64,000 nucleotides of DNA from the IMG/VR virus record IMGVR_UViG_3300017927_000001. One strand, given 5' to 3'. Below are positions 15,679-23,857 of this stretch, one piece after another. The notes beneath the pieces were generated by a model that was not told where the DNA came from, made no database searches, and saw only the letters and a program-made list of their open reading frames with translations. The DNA comes from a virus. The stretch's first letter is position 1, and every line of letters starts with the position of its first letter. The translations under genes were made by a program, and so were the position numbers.

Positions 15679-16722
15679 ATGAAGACACAAGAGATCATTG
15701 ATGCCTGCAATCTCTGTAAGTCCTCTTTGATGGGGGGAGACTTTGTTCCAATCTTGAGTCACTTTTGTTTTGTTGGTGATTATATTTATGCGTATAACGA
15801 CATCAGCGCGGTCGTGGTTGACCTGGACACGGACCTGCACTGCGCGGTGAAGGGGCCACCGCTGCTCGGCATCCTGAACACACTCGGCAAGGAGGTATCG
15901 CTCGAGCAGACTGACAAGGGGGTCTGCATCAAGTCGGGCAAGACCATCATGTACCTTGCCAGCCTGCCCGAGTCCGACATGGTTTTCGAGTTCCCGCAGT
16001 TCGATGAGCGGGGCACGACGGTCGTGTCGCTTACTCCGGATATCATCGAAGGGCTGAAGCTGTGCTGCGAGACGGTTGGCGAGAACGCCATGGACAAGCA
16101 ATACACCGGCATCGCGTTCTCGATCTACGGCAGCGGCGAGTTGCACATCTACAGCAGCGACAACGTCACCGTGTCCCGGTTCATCTCGTCTACGGTTATC
16201 ACGCAGAAGACTGGCCCGAGGCTGTTCCTTCTGCCGGCTGCGTCGGTGCGCCAGATCATCGACATGTGGGAACCCGACAGCACGGAGAACCAGCGTATTG
16301 AGCTGGACTCGAACTGGGCAGTGGGCCAGTTCCCGAGCGGTGCCGTGGTGAGCAAGCTGATGACCGAGGAAGCACCCGACTACGCGAAGGTCTTCAACAA
16401 CGTGGCCGACGTGTCGTGGGTAACGCTGCCGGAGCAGTTTTCCCCAACCCTCAAGCGGGCGCAAGTGCTGTCCGAAGGGGCCAGTGACGCCATCGTCGAA
16501 TTCGAGCTCAAGGAGAACGTGCTCAAGCTGTCCATCAAGGCCGCACTGGGCAGCTTCACCGATGAGATGAAGCTGCGGACGGGGCCTGCCATGAAGGGCA
16601 AGATCCGGCCAGCGTCGGCACTGCACGCGGCTGAAGTGGGTGAGGAGATTGCGCTTACCAAGCGGTGTCTCGGATTCAAGAAGGGCGACTATACCTGTCT
16701 GGTCAGCCTCGTGGAGGAGTAG
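15679..16722 (+). CDS. DNA polymerase sliding clamp (beta-clamp/DnaN-like), putative
   Basis: ATG 15679 follows GGAG. About 347 aa, the size of a three-domain clamp. PILSHFCFVGDYIYAYNDISAVVV, FEFPQF, LFLLPAASVRQII and EAPDYAKVF are arranged like beta-clamp motifs (..atD.., fP, lvPak.l.el, yPdY..v). A clamp-loader gene lies nearby. Confidence 0.6.
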   Translation: MKTQEIIDACNLCKSSLMGGDFVPILSHFCFVGDYIYAYNDISAVVVDLDTDLHCAVKGPPLLGILNTLGKEVSLEQTDKGVCIKSGKTIMYLASLPESDMVFEFPQFDERGTTVVSLTPDIIEGLKLCCETVGENAMDKQYTGIAFSIYGSGELHIYSSDNVTVSRFISSTVITQKTGPRLFLLPAASVRQIIDMWEPDSTENQRIELDSNWAVGQFPSGAVVSKLMTEEAPDYAKVFNNVADVSWVTLPEQFSPTLKRAQVLSEGASDAIVEFELKENVLKLSIKAALGSFTDEMKLRTGPAMKGKIRPASALHAAEVGEEIALTKRCLGFKKGDYTCLVSLVEE

Positions 16723-16896
16723 ATGAGCATCATCACCGAACTGATTCGCCGGGTGGAGGAGCTTGAGCGGAAGGTACACGAGATCGACTTGCGTACCGGG
16801 AGCATGGTCAAGCTCGGACCGAAGCATCCAGGGCCGGATCCTGAGGCGCTGAGAGAGGCGTTTGAAAAGGTTTTGAAGAGGAAGGAGGACGGCTAA
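16723..16896 (+). CDS. small hypothetical coiled-coil protein (57 aa, below the ORF-track cutoff)
   Basis: The ATG abuts the clamp stop. MSIITELIRRVEELERKVHEIDLRTGSMVKLGPKHPGPDPEALREAFEKVLKRKEDG. Confidence 0.45.
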   Translation: MSIITELIRRVEELERKVHEIDLRTGSMVKLGPKHPGPDPEALREAFEKVLKRKEDG

Positions 16897-17099
16897 TGTT
16901 CGAGTGCCGGATAGATGAGTCTGACTTGGGTGAACCGACCAAGCCGGAAAGGGTGCCCAATGTTCGAGATGCGGCTCAGGAGATCTGGGGCGCCTGCAAT
17001 TTCGCGCGGGCCTGCCTGCTCGGAACACGGCGCTTCAGCAATTTCCGCATCTGCCTGCGGTACAGTTTCGTAGTTCATTCACGAAAGAGGAGAACACCA
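16895..17099 (+). promoter_or_regulatory. about 200-nt non-coding spacer with two pairs of direct repeats (candidate regulatory region)
   Basis: aatgttcgag at 16895-16904 and 16959-16968. gcaatttc(g/c)gc...ctgcctgc at 16996-17019 and 17038-17058. A strong RBS AAGAGGAG precedes ATG 17100. Confidence 0.3.
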
Positions 17100-17585
17100 A
17101 TGGACGTGGAGAAGATGGTGGACTTGTGGGTGCCGGTCATCAAGGCGCTCTGCATGGCACACTCCAAGGAAGAGATAGACCGCGCCGAATTCGCGATGGA
17201 GGACTTGCTCAACCCGCTGCTCACCGCGCCGGTGAGGGACCTGCGCAAGTTCTACACGAAGCTGGTCCAGTGCCTCAAGGCCGACACGACCATTCCGTTC
17301 TTCGTGTGGGCTGCGTTCGACGCATGGGAGGAGGTTGTGGTAAAGCCGGCCCCGGATGCCGACATCAAAATGCTCAAGAACGAGCTGGCAAAGGAGATCG
17401 CGGACATGGTGGAGGAGCAGGTGCGGCCGGACATCGGCAAGGCCATCGCGGGGGCGTTGCGGTGGAGGGACCCAGAGACGCTGGAGAAGATGCGGGCGTC
17501 CCTCAAGGAAGGTAAGCCGGCCAAGGTGCGCGGGCGGGAATCCTGCCTGTTCCTCGAAGTCGAAGACCATTGCGTGATGCTATGA
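17100..17585 (+). CDS. hypothetical protein (161 aa)
   Basis: ATG 17100 has the RBS AAGAGGAG. The upstream part of ORF 16896-17585 is low-GC3 and repeat-bearing, so it is treated as non-coding. Confidence 0.55.
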   Translation: MDVEKMVDLWVPVIKALCMAHSKEEIDRAEFAMEDLLNPLLTAPVRDLRKFYTKLVQCLKADTTIPFFVWAAFDAWEEVVVKPAPDADIKMLKNELAKEIADMVEEQVRPDIGKAIAGALRWRDPETLEKMRASLKEGKPAKVRGRESCLFLEVEDHCVML

Positions 17586-17785
17586 GCAAGTACACGAAGC
17601 CAGACCTCGTGGTACGGCTACGCGCCCCGCACATGCTGGCCCGCGCCGTTGAGAAGGGCCTGCGCATGGAGGCCGCTGCGGAGATCGAGAAGCTGCGCGA
17701 GCGAATCAGGGAACTCGAGCCTAAACCGTCCTGGGAGAAGACTGATGGGGTTCTTTCAAACCGAGGGGGCGGCGAAGTCCGCTAA
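17582..17785 (+). CDS. hypothetical protein (67 aa)
   Basis: ATGA-coupled. MSKYTKPDLVVRLRAPHMLARAVEKGLRMEAAAEIEKLRERIRELE. The 3' end overlaps the polA start by 41 nt. Confidence 0.45.
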   Translation: MSKYTKPDLVVRLRAPHMLARAVEKGLRMEAAAEIEKLRERIRELEPKPSWEKTDGVLSNRGGGEVR

Positions 17786-20366
17786 GAAGGCGAAGGCACG
17801 CATCCCCAAGAAGCCACGCCAGCAAAAGCAGGTGATCCCGATACTGGCGCAGTCCGGGCTGAGCTGCCGCGACTGCACGCTCGACAAGGAGCGGCTCAAG
17901 CACCCAAAGATGAAGCCCACGGGTGCTAAGTCCCCGCTGCTCTACATCCTCGGCGAAGCACCGGGGGAGACAGAGGACGAGCAGGGCATCCAGTTCATCG
18001 GCAAGGCCGGGGAGTACATCAGGGACTTCATACCCAAGGCCCTGAACAAGTACATCCGGTGGAACAACGTGCTGCGCTGCCGGCCACCGGAGAACCGCGC
18101 ACCCACCGAGCACGAGATGCGATGCTGTAGCCACTGGCAGCGCGAGGACATAGAGGAGTCGAAGCCTATGATCATCGCTGGCTTCGGCAACACGCCCCTC
18201 GAGTGGGCCATTGGCCGCAACGGCATCACACGCTGGCACGGGATGTTAGTGCCGGTACGCATCGGAACTCACGAGTGCTGGTATGCCCCCATGTGGCATC
18301 CGTCGTACGTCATGCGGATCAAGAACGCCGATGAGATAGGCCAGCCGACGTACAAGATGTATCGGTACGAGCTCGAGCGGGTGTTTGCGTTGATACAGAC
18401 CGTGCTCGATGGGGACGGAATAGACGTGCCGTGGATACCCACTCGAAACGAGTGCGATGAGGGCCTGCACGTTATTGACACTTGGATCGTGGGGGATGTT
18501 GAGCGTGCCCTGAACTCCATGAAGAAGTACCGGAACCAGTCCGTCGATCTCGAGACGACGCACTTGCGCCCGTACCACAAGGACGCGAAGATTCTCAGCA
18601 TCGCGTTCGGGGTGTGGGAGGAGAGCTACGCCATACCGCTGTTCCACCCGGAAGCAAAACGGTGGAAAGCTGAGGACCTCCTACGGGTAATCTCGCTTAT
18701 CCAGCTCTACCTGCTTCAAAGCGGGAACACGTTCTGGGCTCACAATCTCAAGTTTGAGCTCGAGTGGCTGTTCCACCAATTCGGTTCGGCGAAGTACCTG
18801 TACGACGTGAAGTGGGGCGATACGATGGCGCAGGCCCACATCCTGCACGACCAGCGCGAGAAGAGCCTCGAGGCGCGCAGCGTGGCGCTGATGGGCGTCG
18901 ATAACAAGGCGCTCGACAAGCTGGACAAGACCAATATGGCCGCGATGCCGCTGGAGAAGGTGTTGCGGTACAACGCACGCGACGTGAAGTTCACGGATCG
19001 GGTGCGGGAGATCCAAACGGACGAGATTGCTCGCCAAGGATTGCAGCGGCCCTACGAGGCCATGATCTCGAGAACCCCGACGCTGGTATTGGCCCAAGCC
19101 TACGGGCTCACACCCGACACGAAGTTTGCGGAAGCCAAGCATCGCGAGCTGACCCTTAAAGCCAACCTCATCACGAACAAGATCCAGAGGCTCGAAGAGG
19201 TAAGGCAGCACGTGAAGAAGACCGGCAAGCCGTTCAATCCGAACAGCCCGAAGCAGCTCCAGTCGGTGCTTCACATCACCGGCAGTACCGACGTGGATGC
19301 GCTGTCCCGATTGAAGAAGCCGCTGGCGAAGCTCGTGCTGGACCTGCGCGCGGTGACCAAGCTCGACGGCACCTACGTCAAGGGTTACTGCCCCTCGGAA
19401 GGCGCGGAGTACATCTACCCGGATGGCAAGATACACGCGAACTTCAACCACCTCGTGACCAGCACGGGCCGGCTTGCCAGCGACGACCCGAACCTGCAGA
19501 ACTTTCCAATCCGAACGCCCGAGGGCAAGCTCATCCGCAACCTGATAGCGGCCCCACCCGGTCAGACCATCGTAGCCATTGACTACGGGCAGATAGAGGC
19601 CCGCATCATTGCCATTGCCTCCGGGGATGTGAACCTCATCAAGGCCCTGTGGGAGCATTACGATATCCACATGGATTGGATCCTCAAGATCACTGGCAAG
19701 TTCCCGCAGCTTCTCGAACCTTACCGCATCCCGGAGAACAACACCGAGAAGAAGGTCATCAAGGCGTTCCGCCAGTATTTCAAGTCCGAGTGGACCTTCC
19801 CGTTGTTCTTCGGCAGCGAGCTTGACCCGGTAGCGGCGCGGTGGGACCTGCCGGCCCGCAAGCTGAAGCCGTTCTATGACGAGTTCTGGGAGCGGTACGC
19901 AGCGGTGAAGGCGTGGCAGGAAACGGTGATGCGCGGATATGGCCGGCACGGGTACGTTGAGACACTGACGGGTCGCCGGCGCTACGGGCCGCTGACGCAG
20001 AACGAGGCCATTAACCAGCCCATCCAGGGCACCGCCTCCGACATCGTGGTTGATGCGATGGAGCAGCTTGGAAAGATGTCGTACGAGCTCGAGAAGCCGC
20101 AGCTACAGCCGCGCATGAACATCCACGATGACTTGACCTTCGTGCTTCCGGAGAAGAGGCTCGAGAGCGAGTTGGAAATCATACTGCCCGTGATGTGCAA
20201 GCCCCGGTTCGACTGGATCAACGTTCCCATCACAGTCGAAGTGAAGACAGGAAAACGATGGGGAGAATTAGAGGAAGCGTTTACAGTTGAATCCACAGAG
20301 TTCGGATTCCCAAGGAATAAACATGAGCAGAAAAGTAACCATCCAAGAATCGCTCGAAAGGGCTGA
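17745..20366 (+). CDS. polA: DNA polymerase I (family A) with an N-terminal family-4 uracil-DNA-glycosylase-like domain and a 3'-5' exonuclease domain
   Basis: UDG-4 motifs: CRDCTL, ILGEAPGETEDEQGIQFIGKAG, VLRCRPPENRAPTEHEMRCC and MWHPSYVMR. Exo I: SVDLETT. Pol motif A: AIDYGQIEARIIA. Motif B region: KSEWTFPLFFG. Motif C: NIHDDLTF. Confidence 0.85.
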   Translation: MGFFQTEGAAKSAKKAKARIPKKPRQQKQVIPILAQSGLSCRDCTLDKERLKHPKMKPTGAKSPLLYILGEAPGETEDEQGIQFIGKAGEYIRDFIPKALNKYIRWNNVLRCRPPENRAPTEHEMRCCSHWQREDIEESKPMIIAGFGNTPLEWAIGRNGITRWHGMLVPVRIGTHECWYAPMWHPSYVMRIKNADEIGQPTYKMYRYELERVFALIQTVLDGDGIDVPWIPTRNECDEGLHVIDTWIVGDVERALNSMKKYRNQSVDLETTHLRPYHKDAKILSIAFGVWEESYAIPLFHPEAKRWKAEDLLRVISLIQLYLLQSGNTFWAHNLKFELEWLFHQFGSAKYLYDVKWGDTMAQAHILHDQREKSLEARSVALMGVDNKALDKLDKTNMAAMPLEKVLRYNARDVKFTDRVREIQTDEIARQGLQRPYEAMISRTPTLVLAQAYGLTPDTKFAEAKHRELTLKANLITNKIQRLEEVRQHVKKTGKPFNPNSPKQLQSVLHITGSTDVDALSRLKKPLAKLVLDLRAVTKLDGTYVKGYCPSEGAEYIYPDGKIHANFNHLVTSTGRLASDDPNLQNFPIRTPEGKLIRNLIAAPPGQTIVAIDYGQIEARIIAIASGDVNLIKALWEHYDIHMDWILKITGKFPQLLEPYRIPENNTEKKVIKAFRQYFKSEWTFPLFFGSELDPVAARWDLPARKLKPFYDEFWERYAAVKAWQETVMRGYGRHGYVETLTGRRRYGPLTQNEAINQPIQGTASDIVVDAMEQLGKMSYELEKPQLQPRMNIHDDLTFVLPEKRLESELEIILPVMCKPRFDWINVPITVEVKTGKRWGELEEAFTVESTEFGFPRNKHEQKSNHPRIARKG

Positions 20367-20880
20367 AATCGGAGAAAGCGGGTGTTGGTACCTACCGGGT
20401 GTTTACTCCCCAAACTATAGAACTCGAGAGATTTGGGAATTTGTTCACAAACGAAAGCTAGGTAGGTGGACCGTTAGGCACACTTGTGACCACGACCGCT
20501 GCATAAATCCAAAGCACTTGAAGCGGGGGACCCAAAAGCAGAACCTTCAGGACTGCATCAAAAGGGGCCGCTTCAACAAACCTAGAGGCGAAGATCACTT
20601 CCGAGCAGAACTTACTGAAGCGAAAGTTATCAAAATTCGCAAGCTCTACGCAACAAAAACAGCCAAGGAACTCGCAACGCAATTCGACACCTCAATGAAG
20701 AACATATACTCGATCGTCTACCGAGAGAGTTGGAGACATGTCAAATGAAAACCAAAAAGCCATCCAACGAGGACGGTTTCCCACTACATCTAAAGTATCG
20801 CCCAACGAGACTCGAACAGGTAATCGGTCAGGATGCAGTGGCAGAAAGTCTGGAATCCATGTTTAGGTGGGGAAAGTGCC
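20225..20880 (+). mobile_element. homing-endonuclease cassette: an AT-richer tract spanning the polA 3' end, the HNH gene and the clamp-loader 5' end
   Basis: Base composition drops abruptly at about 20225 (inside the last ~45 codons of polA) and recovers at about 20880 (inside the first ~45 codons of the clamp-loader gene). A free-standing HNH gene sits in the middle. Confidence 0.45.
20323..20748 (+). CDS. HNH homing endonuclease
   Basis: ATG 20323 follows AAGGAA. VRHTCDHDRCINPKHLKRGTQKQNLQDC is the HNH_3-type H-x-C-D-x4-C-x-N-P-x-H-L motif. A helix-rich C-terminal DNA-binding-like tail follows. AT-richer than the flanks. Confidence 0.8.
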   Translation: MSRKVTIQESLERAEIGESGCWYLPGVYSPNYRTREIWEFVHKRKLGRWTVRHTCDHDRCINPKHLKRGTQKQNLQDCIKRGRFNKPRGEDHFRAELTEAKVIKIRKLYATKTAKELATQFDTSMKNIYSIVYRESWRHVK

Positions 20881-21692
20881 CGCACGCTTTCCTGTTCACC
20901 GGACCTAGTGGAGTGGGGAAGACCACGCTTGCGCGCATCATCGCTTCCCATCTCAAGGCCACTGTTCTAGAGATAGATGCAGCCACCAATACAGGCATCG
21001 ATGCGATGCGTGCGGTGCAGGACATGGCGCGGTACAAGCCGCTCAACAACGAGCGGAGACTCATCATCGTAGATGAGTGCCACGCGCTGTCGAAGCCGAC
21101 GTGGCAAAGCCTGCTCAAGATCGTGGAAGAGCCCCCGGCTCACCTGTACTGGATCTTCTGCACCACGGAGCCAGACAAGGTGCCGGCCACCATCAAGACT
21201 CGATGCACTCAGTACCAGCTAGGTTCGGTATCGTGGGAGGAGATCTCGGAATTCCTCAAACACGTGAGCGACGAAGAAGGGGGAATCCTAGAGCCCCGTC
21301 TGGTTGATGTAGTGGCACGGAAAGCAAATGGTTCGGTACGCGCTGGACTTGTTTATCTGCAAAAATGTGTCGGTGTGAACGATGCCAGCGAAGTCGCCCG
21401 GCTGTGCGAAGGCGGGGAGGCGGAAGGGGAGGCGGCGATTACGCTCATCCGGGCCGTCTGCCAAGCCAAGGGGCTGAAGTGGCCCAACCTGATGAAGCTC
21501 ATCGAGGGCATTGACGAAACACCGGAGGGCGTCCGGCTTGCGCTCATCAACTACGCTGCCAAGATGGCACGGGAGGCAAATCAACCGCAAAGGTACCTAG
21601 CAATCATCCAGGCATTCAGCGGGCACACCTATTCACCGAGTGAGCATTGGGCACCGTTCATGCTCGACTTGGGACAACTTGTTTTTGAATGA
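20745..21692 (+). CDS. clamp-loader ATPase (DNA polymerase III gamma/tau, DnaX-like)
   Basis: KYRPTRLEQVIGQDAV, Walker A FTGPSGVGKTTLA, Walker B LIIVDECHALS, sensor-1 IKTRCTQYQL. ATGA-coupled to the HNH stop. Confidence 0.8.
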   Translation: MKTKKPSNEDGFPLHLKYRPTRLEQVIGQDAVAESLESMFRWGKCPHAFLFTGPSGVGKTTLARIIASHLKATVLEIDAATNTGIDAMRAVQDMARYKPLNNERRLIIVDECHALSKPTWQSLLKIVEEPPAHLYWIFCTTEPDKVPATIKTRCTQYQLGSVSWEEISEFLKHVSDEEGGILEPRLVDVVARKANGSVRAGLVYLQKCVGVNDASEVARLCEGGEAEGEAAITLIRAVCQAKGLKWPNLMKLIEGIDETPEGVRLALINYAAKMAREANQPQRYLAIIQAFSGHTYSPSEHWAPFMLDLGQLVFE

Positions 21693-21699
21693 GGCCATC

Positions 21700-22077
21700 A
21701 TGCCAAACCATAATCACAAGGAGGCGTTCTGCCTCATGTGGTACGGCTGCCCGTGCGGGCACCGTGAGCGCATCTGGAACAGCCGGGACGGTGTGACCCC
21801 GTTCGCGATGAGCTGCCCAAGCTGCGGCGAAGACACGATGCATCACATTGCGTGGAACCTGGACCAGTACGCACCGGAGCACACGCCACACGAGGGCCAG
21901 CGTATCTGGCTCGGCTATACCCTCGACGAAGCCCGGAAGGTTGCCAAGCTGCGCGTAGAGCTCAACAAGGTGATGGGCCGCGAGTTCGAGGGAAATGAGG
22001 AGGAGCTTATCGAAAGGATTGCTCAGAACATCTACAGTAACGGCGAAGCGCCCAACCTGCGCGTCGTCGACTTCTAA
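21700..22077 (+). CDS. hypothetical Cys-rich (zinc-ribbon-like) protein
   Basis: ATG 21700. CLMWYGCPCGHRERIWNSRDGVTPFAMSCPSCGEDTMHH suggests a Zn-binding fold. Confidence 0.55.
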   Translation: MPNHNHKEAFCLMWYGCPCGHRERIWNSRDGVTPFAMSCPSCGEDTMHHIAWNLDQYAPEHTPHEGQRIWLGYTLDEARKVAKLRVELNKVMGREFEGNEEELIERIAQNIYSNGEAPNLRVVDF

Positions 22078-22086
22078 GGAGATCAC

Positions 22087-22641
22087 GTGCCGAAGGTACC
22101 CATCCGGGCAAAGCGCGAAGGCCCGTCGATAGAGGAGCTTCACAGCTACCTCGCGGTCGACAGGAACTCGCTGGACGATGCGGCTGAACAGCAGCCGATG
22201 CTCTATCACCAAGTCGCCGAGGCGCATGTGCTGGCGCAGGCCGAACGCGACGAACTCAAGGAGGAGATGGCCCGCGTCGACGCGGACGTGGCCGATCGAA
22301 TCAGAAAGGAGTTGGACGAGGCACAGGAAAAGGCCACCGTGGACCGGGTGCGTGAAGCGGTTCTGCTGCACAAGGAGCACAAGCAGGCGTATGCGCGGTA
22401 CAGCGAGGCCATCAAGCGCGAGGCACTCATCCGAGCCTTGCGTGATTCATTCGAACAGCGAAGCCACTCCATCCACGAGCTGGTGACGCTGTACGGGGCC
22501 GGCTACTTCGAGACCGTGCGCGCCAACAGTAGCAAGCGGGGGCATGATTCCGCCCTCGCGAGTGCGAACAAGGCGAAGATGAACCAGAGGCGGCAGGAAG
22601 CAAGGGCCGCTGAGGACTCGTATTTCAACCGGAGGAAGTGA
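22087..22641 (+). CDS. hypothetical coiled-coil protein (184 aa)
   Basis: GTG start after GGAGA. Charged helical sequence. It precedes the SSB and recombinase genes. A recombination-mediator role is only a positional guess. Confidence 0.55.
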   Translation: MPKVPIRAKREGPSIEELHSYLAVDRNSLDDAAEQQPMLYHQVAEAHVLAQAERDELKEEMARVDADVADRIRKELDEAQEKATVDRVREAVLLHKEHKQAYARYSEAIKREALIRALRDSFEQRSHSIHELVTLYGAGYFETVRANSSKRGHDSALASANKAKMNQRRQEARAAEDSYFNRRK

Positions 22642-22644
22642 AAA

Positions 22645-23802
22645 ATGGTAATCAAGACCAAGTCATCCAAAAAGAAGTTCGAGTACCGCGCACGCACAGC
22701 GGATCAGGTGGGCAAGCGGGCCAGCCAAACGGGGTTCACCCGGGAGGGCTTCGTCAAGTCCGACTTCAACACCTGGACCCCTGCGGACGGCACGAACCGC
22801 ATCCGCATCCTTCCGCCCACATGGGACGACGCGGATCACTATGGAATGGACATCTGGGGCCACTACGGCATCGGGCCGGATCGCAGCTCGTTCCTCTGCT
22901 TGCAGAAGCATCAAGATGAGCCGTGCCCGGTGTGCGAGGAGCGGCAGGAGCTGTACGACGCCGGCGACGAAGACGAAGCACGGCCTCTGCTGGCGCGCAA
23001 GCGGGTCGCCATGTGGATCATCGACCGCAAGGAGGAGAGCAAGGGGGCTCAGCTCTGGTGCGCGCCGTGGACCCTGGACCAGGAGATCGCCAAGCAATCC
23101 AGCAGCGAGGACGGCGAGGTGCTGGCAATCGACCACCCGGAGGAGGGCTACGACGTCATCTTCACGCGGGAGGGCGAACGCGAGCGGACCAAGTACACGG
23201 GGGTCAAGCTGGCACGCAAGGAAAGCCCGATCGCCGATGACGAGGACGACCTTGCCGAGATCATGGAGTTCATCATCGAGAACCCCGTGCCGTCGGTGCT
23301 GGAATTCTCGGATTACGACCACATGAAGAAGACGTTCGCCGGCGCCGAGTCCAAGAAGAAGAGCAAACGCAGGGACGAGGAGGAAGAGGAGGAGGAAGAC
23401 GAGAAGCCCAAGAAGAAGGCCGGCAAGTCCGTCATCAAGAAGGGCAAGGAGGACAAGAAGGCCAAGAAGAAGGACGAGGAGGAAGAGGAGGAGAGCGACC
23501 TGCCCTCCTGGGACGAAGTCCACGACATGGACGAGGAGGAACTGGGCACGCTCGCCGAGGCCAACGACGTCGAGTTCGGCGACAAGGAGTTCGACTCGCT
23601 CGAGGAGGCGCAGGACTACCTGTGCGAGCAGCTTGAGATCGAGAAGCCCAAGAAGGCCAAGGCCGGCAAGAAGTCCATCGTGAAGGGCAAGAAGAAGGAC
23701 GAGGAGGAGGACGAGGAGGAAGGCGAAGACGACGAGGACTCGAAGACCAAGAAGTCCACGAGCGGCTGGCGTTCCAAGCTCGGCAAGATGAAGAAGAAGT
23801 AA
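22645..23802 (+). CDS. gp32-like single-stranded DNA-binding protein with a long Glu/Lys-rich C-terminal tail
   Basis: NRIRILPPTWDDADHYGMDIWGHYGIG...FLCLQKHQDEPCPVCEE resembles the T4 gp32 core with its His/Cys3 zinc site. The C-terminal 150 aa are EEEEEEEDEKPKKK-type repeats ending in a basic tail. Confidence 0.7.
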   Translation: MVIKTKSSKKKFEYRARTADQVGKRASQTGFTREGFVKSDFNTWTPADGTNRIRILPPTWDDADHYGMDIWGHYGIGPDRSSFLCLQKHQDEPCPVCEERQELYDAGDEDEARPLLARKRVAMWIIDRKEESKGAQLWCAPWTLDQEIAKQSSSEDGEVLAIDHPEEGYDVIFTREGERERTKYTGVKLARKESPIADDEDDLAEIMEFIIENPVPSVLEFSDYDHMKKTFAGAESKKKSKRRDEEEEEEEDEKPKKKAGKSVIKKGKEDKKAKKKDEEEEEESDLPSWDEVHDMDEEELGTLAEANDVEFGDKEFDSLEEAQDYLCEQLEIEKPKKAKAGKKSIVKGKKKDEEEDEEEGEDDEDSKTKKSTSGWRSKLGKMKKK

Positions 23803-23810
23803 GTACGGCA

Positions 23811-23837
23811 GGGGGAGCTTCGAGCTCCCCCATTTCC
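23811..23837 (+). terminator. stem-loop terminator candidate
   Basis: gggggagct (23811-23819) pairs with agctccccc (23823-23831), followed by attt. It lies 9 nt after the SSB stop. The T-run is short. Confidence 0.5.
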
Positions 23838-23857
23838 AACCCTTTGGAGATCTATCA

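Noticed and set aside
22087-22641. Annotating the 184-aa coiled-coil protein as UvsY
   Set aside because: The only support is position next to the SSB and recombinase genes. I see no sequence motif that supports it, so it stays hypothetical (mentioned as an inference in the findings).
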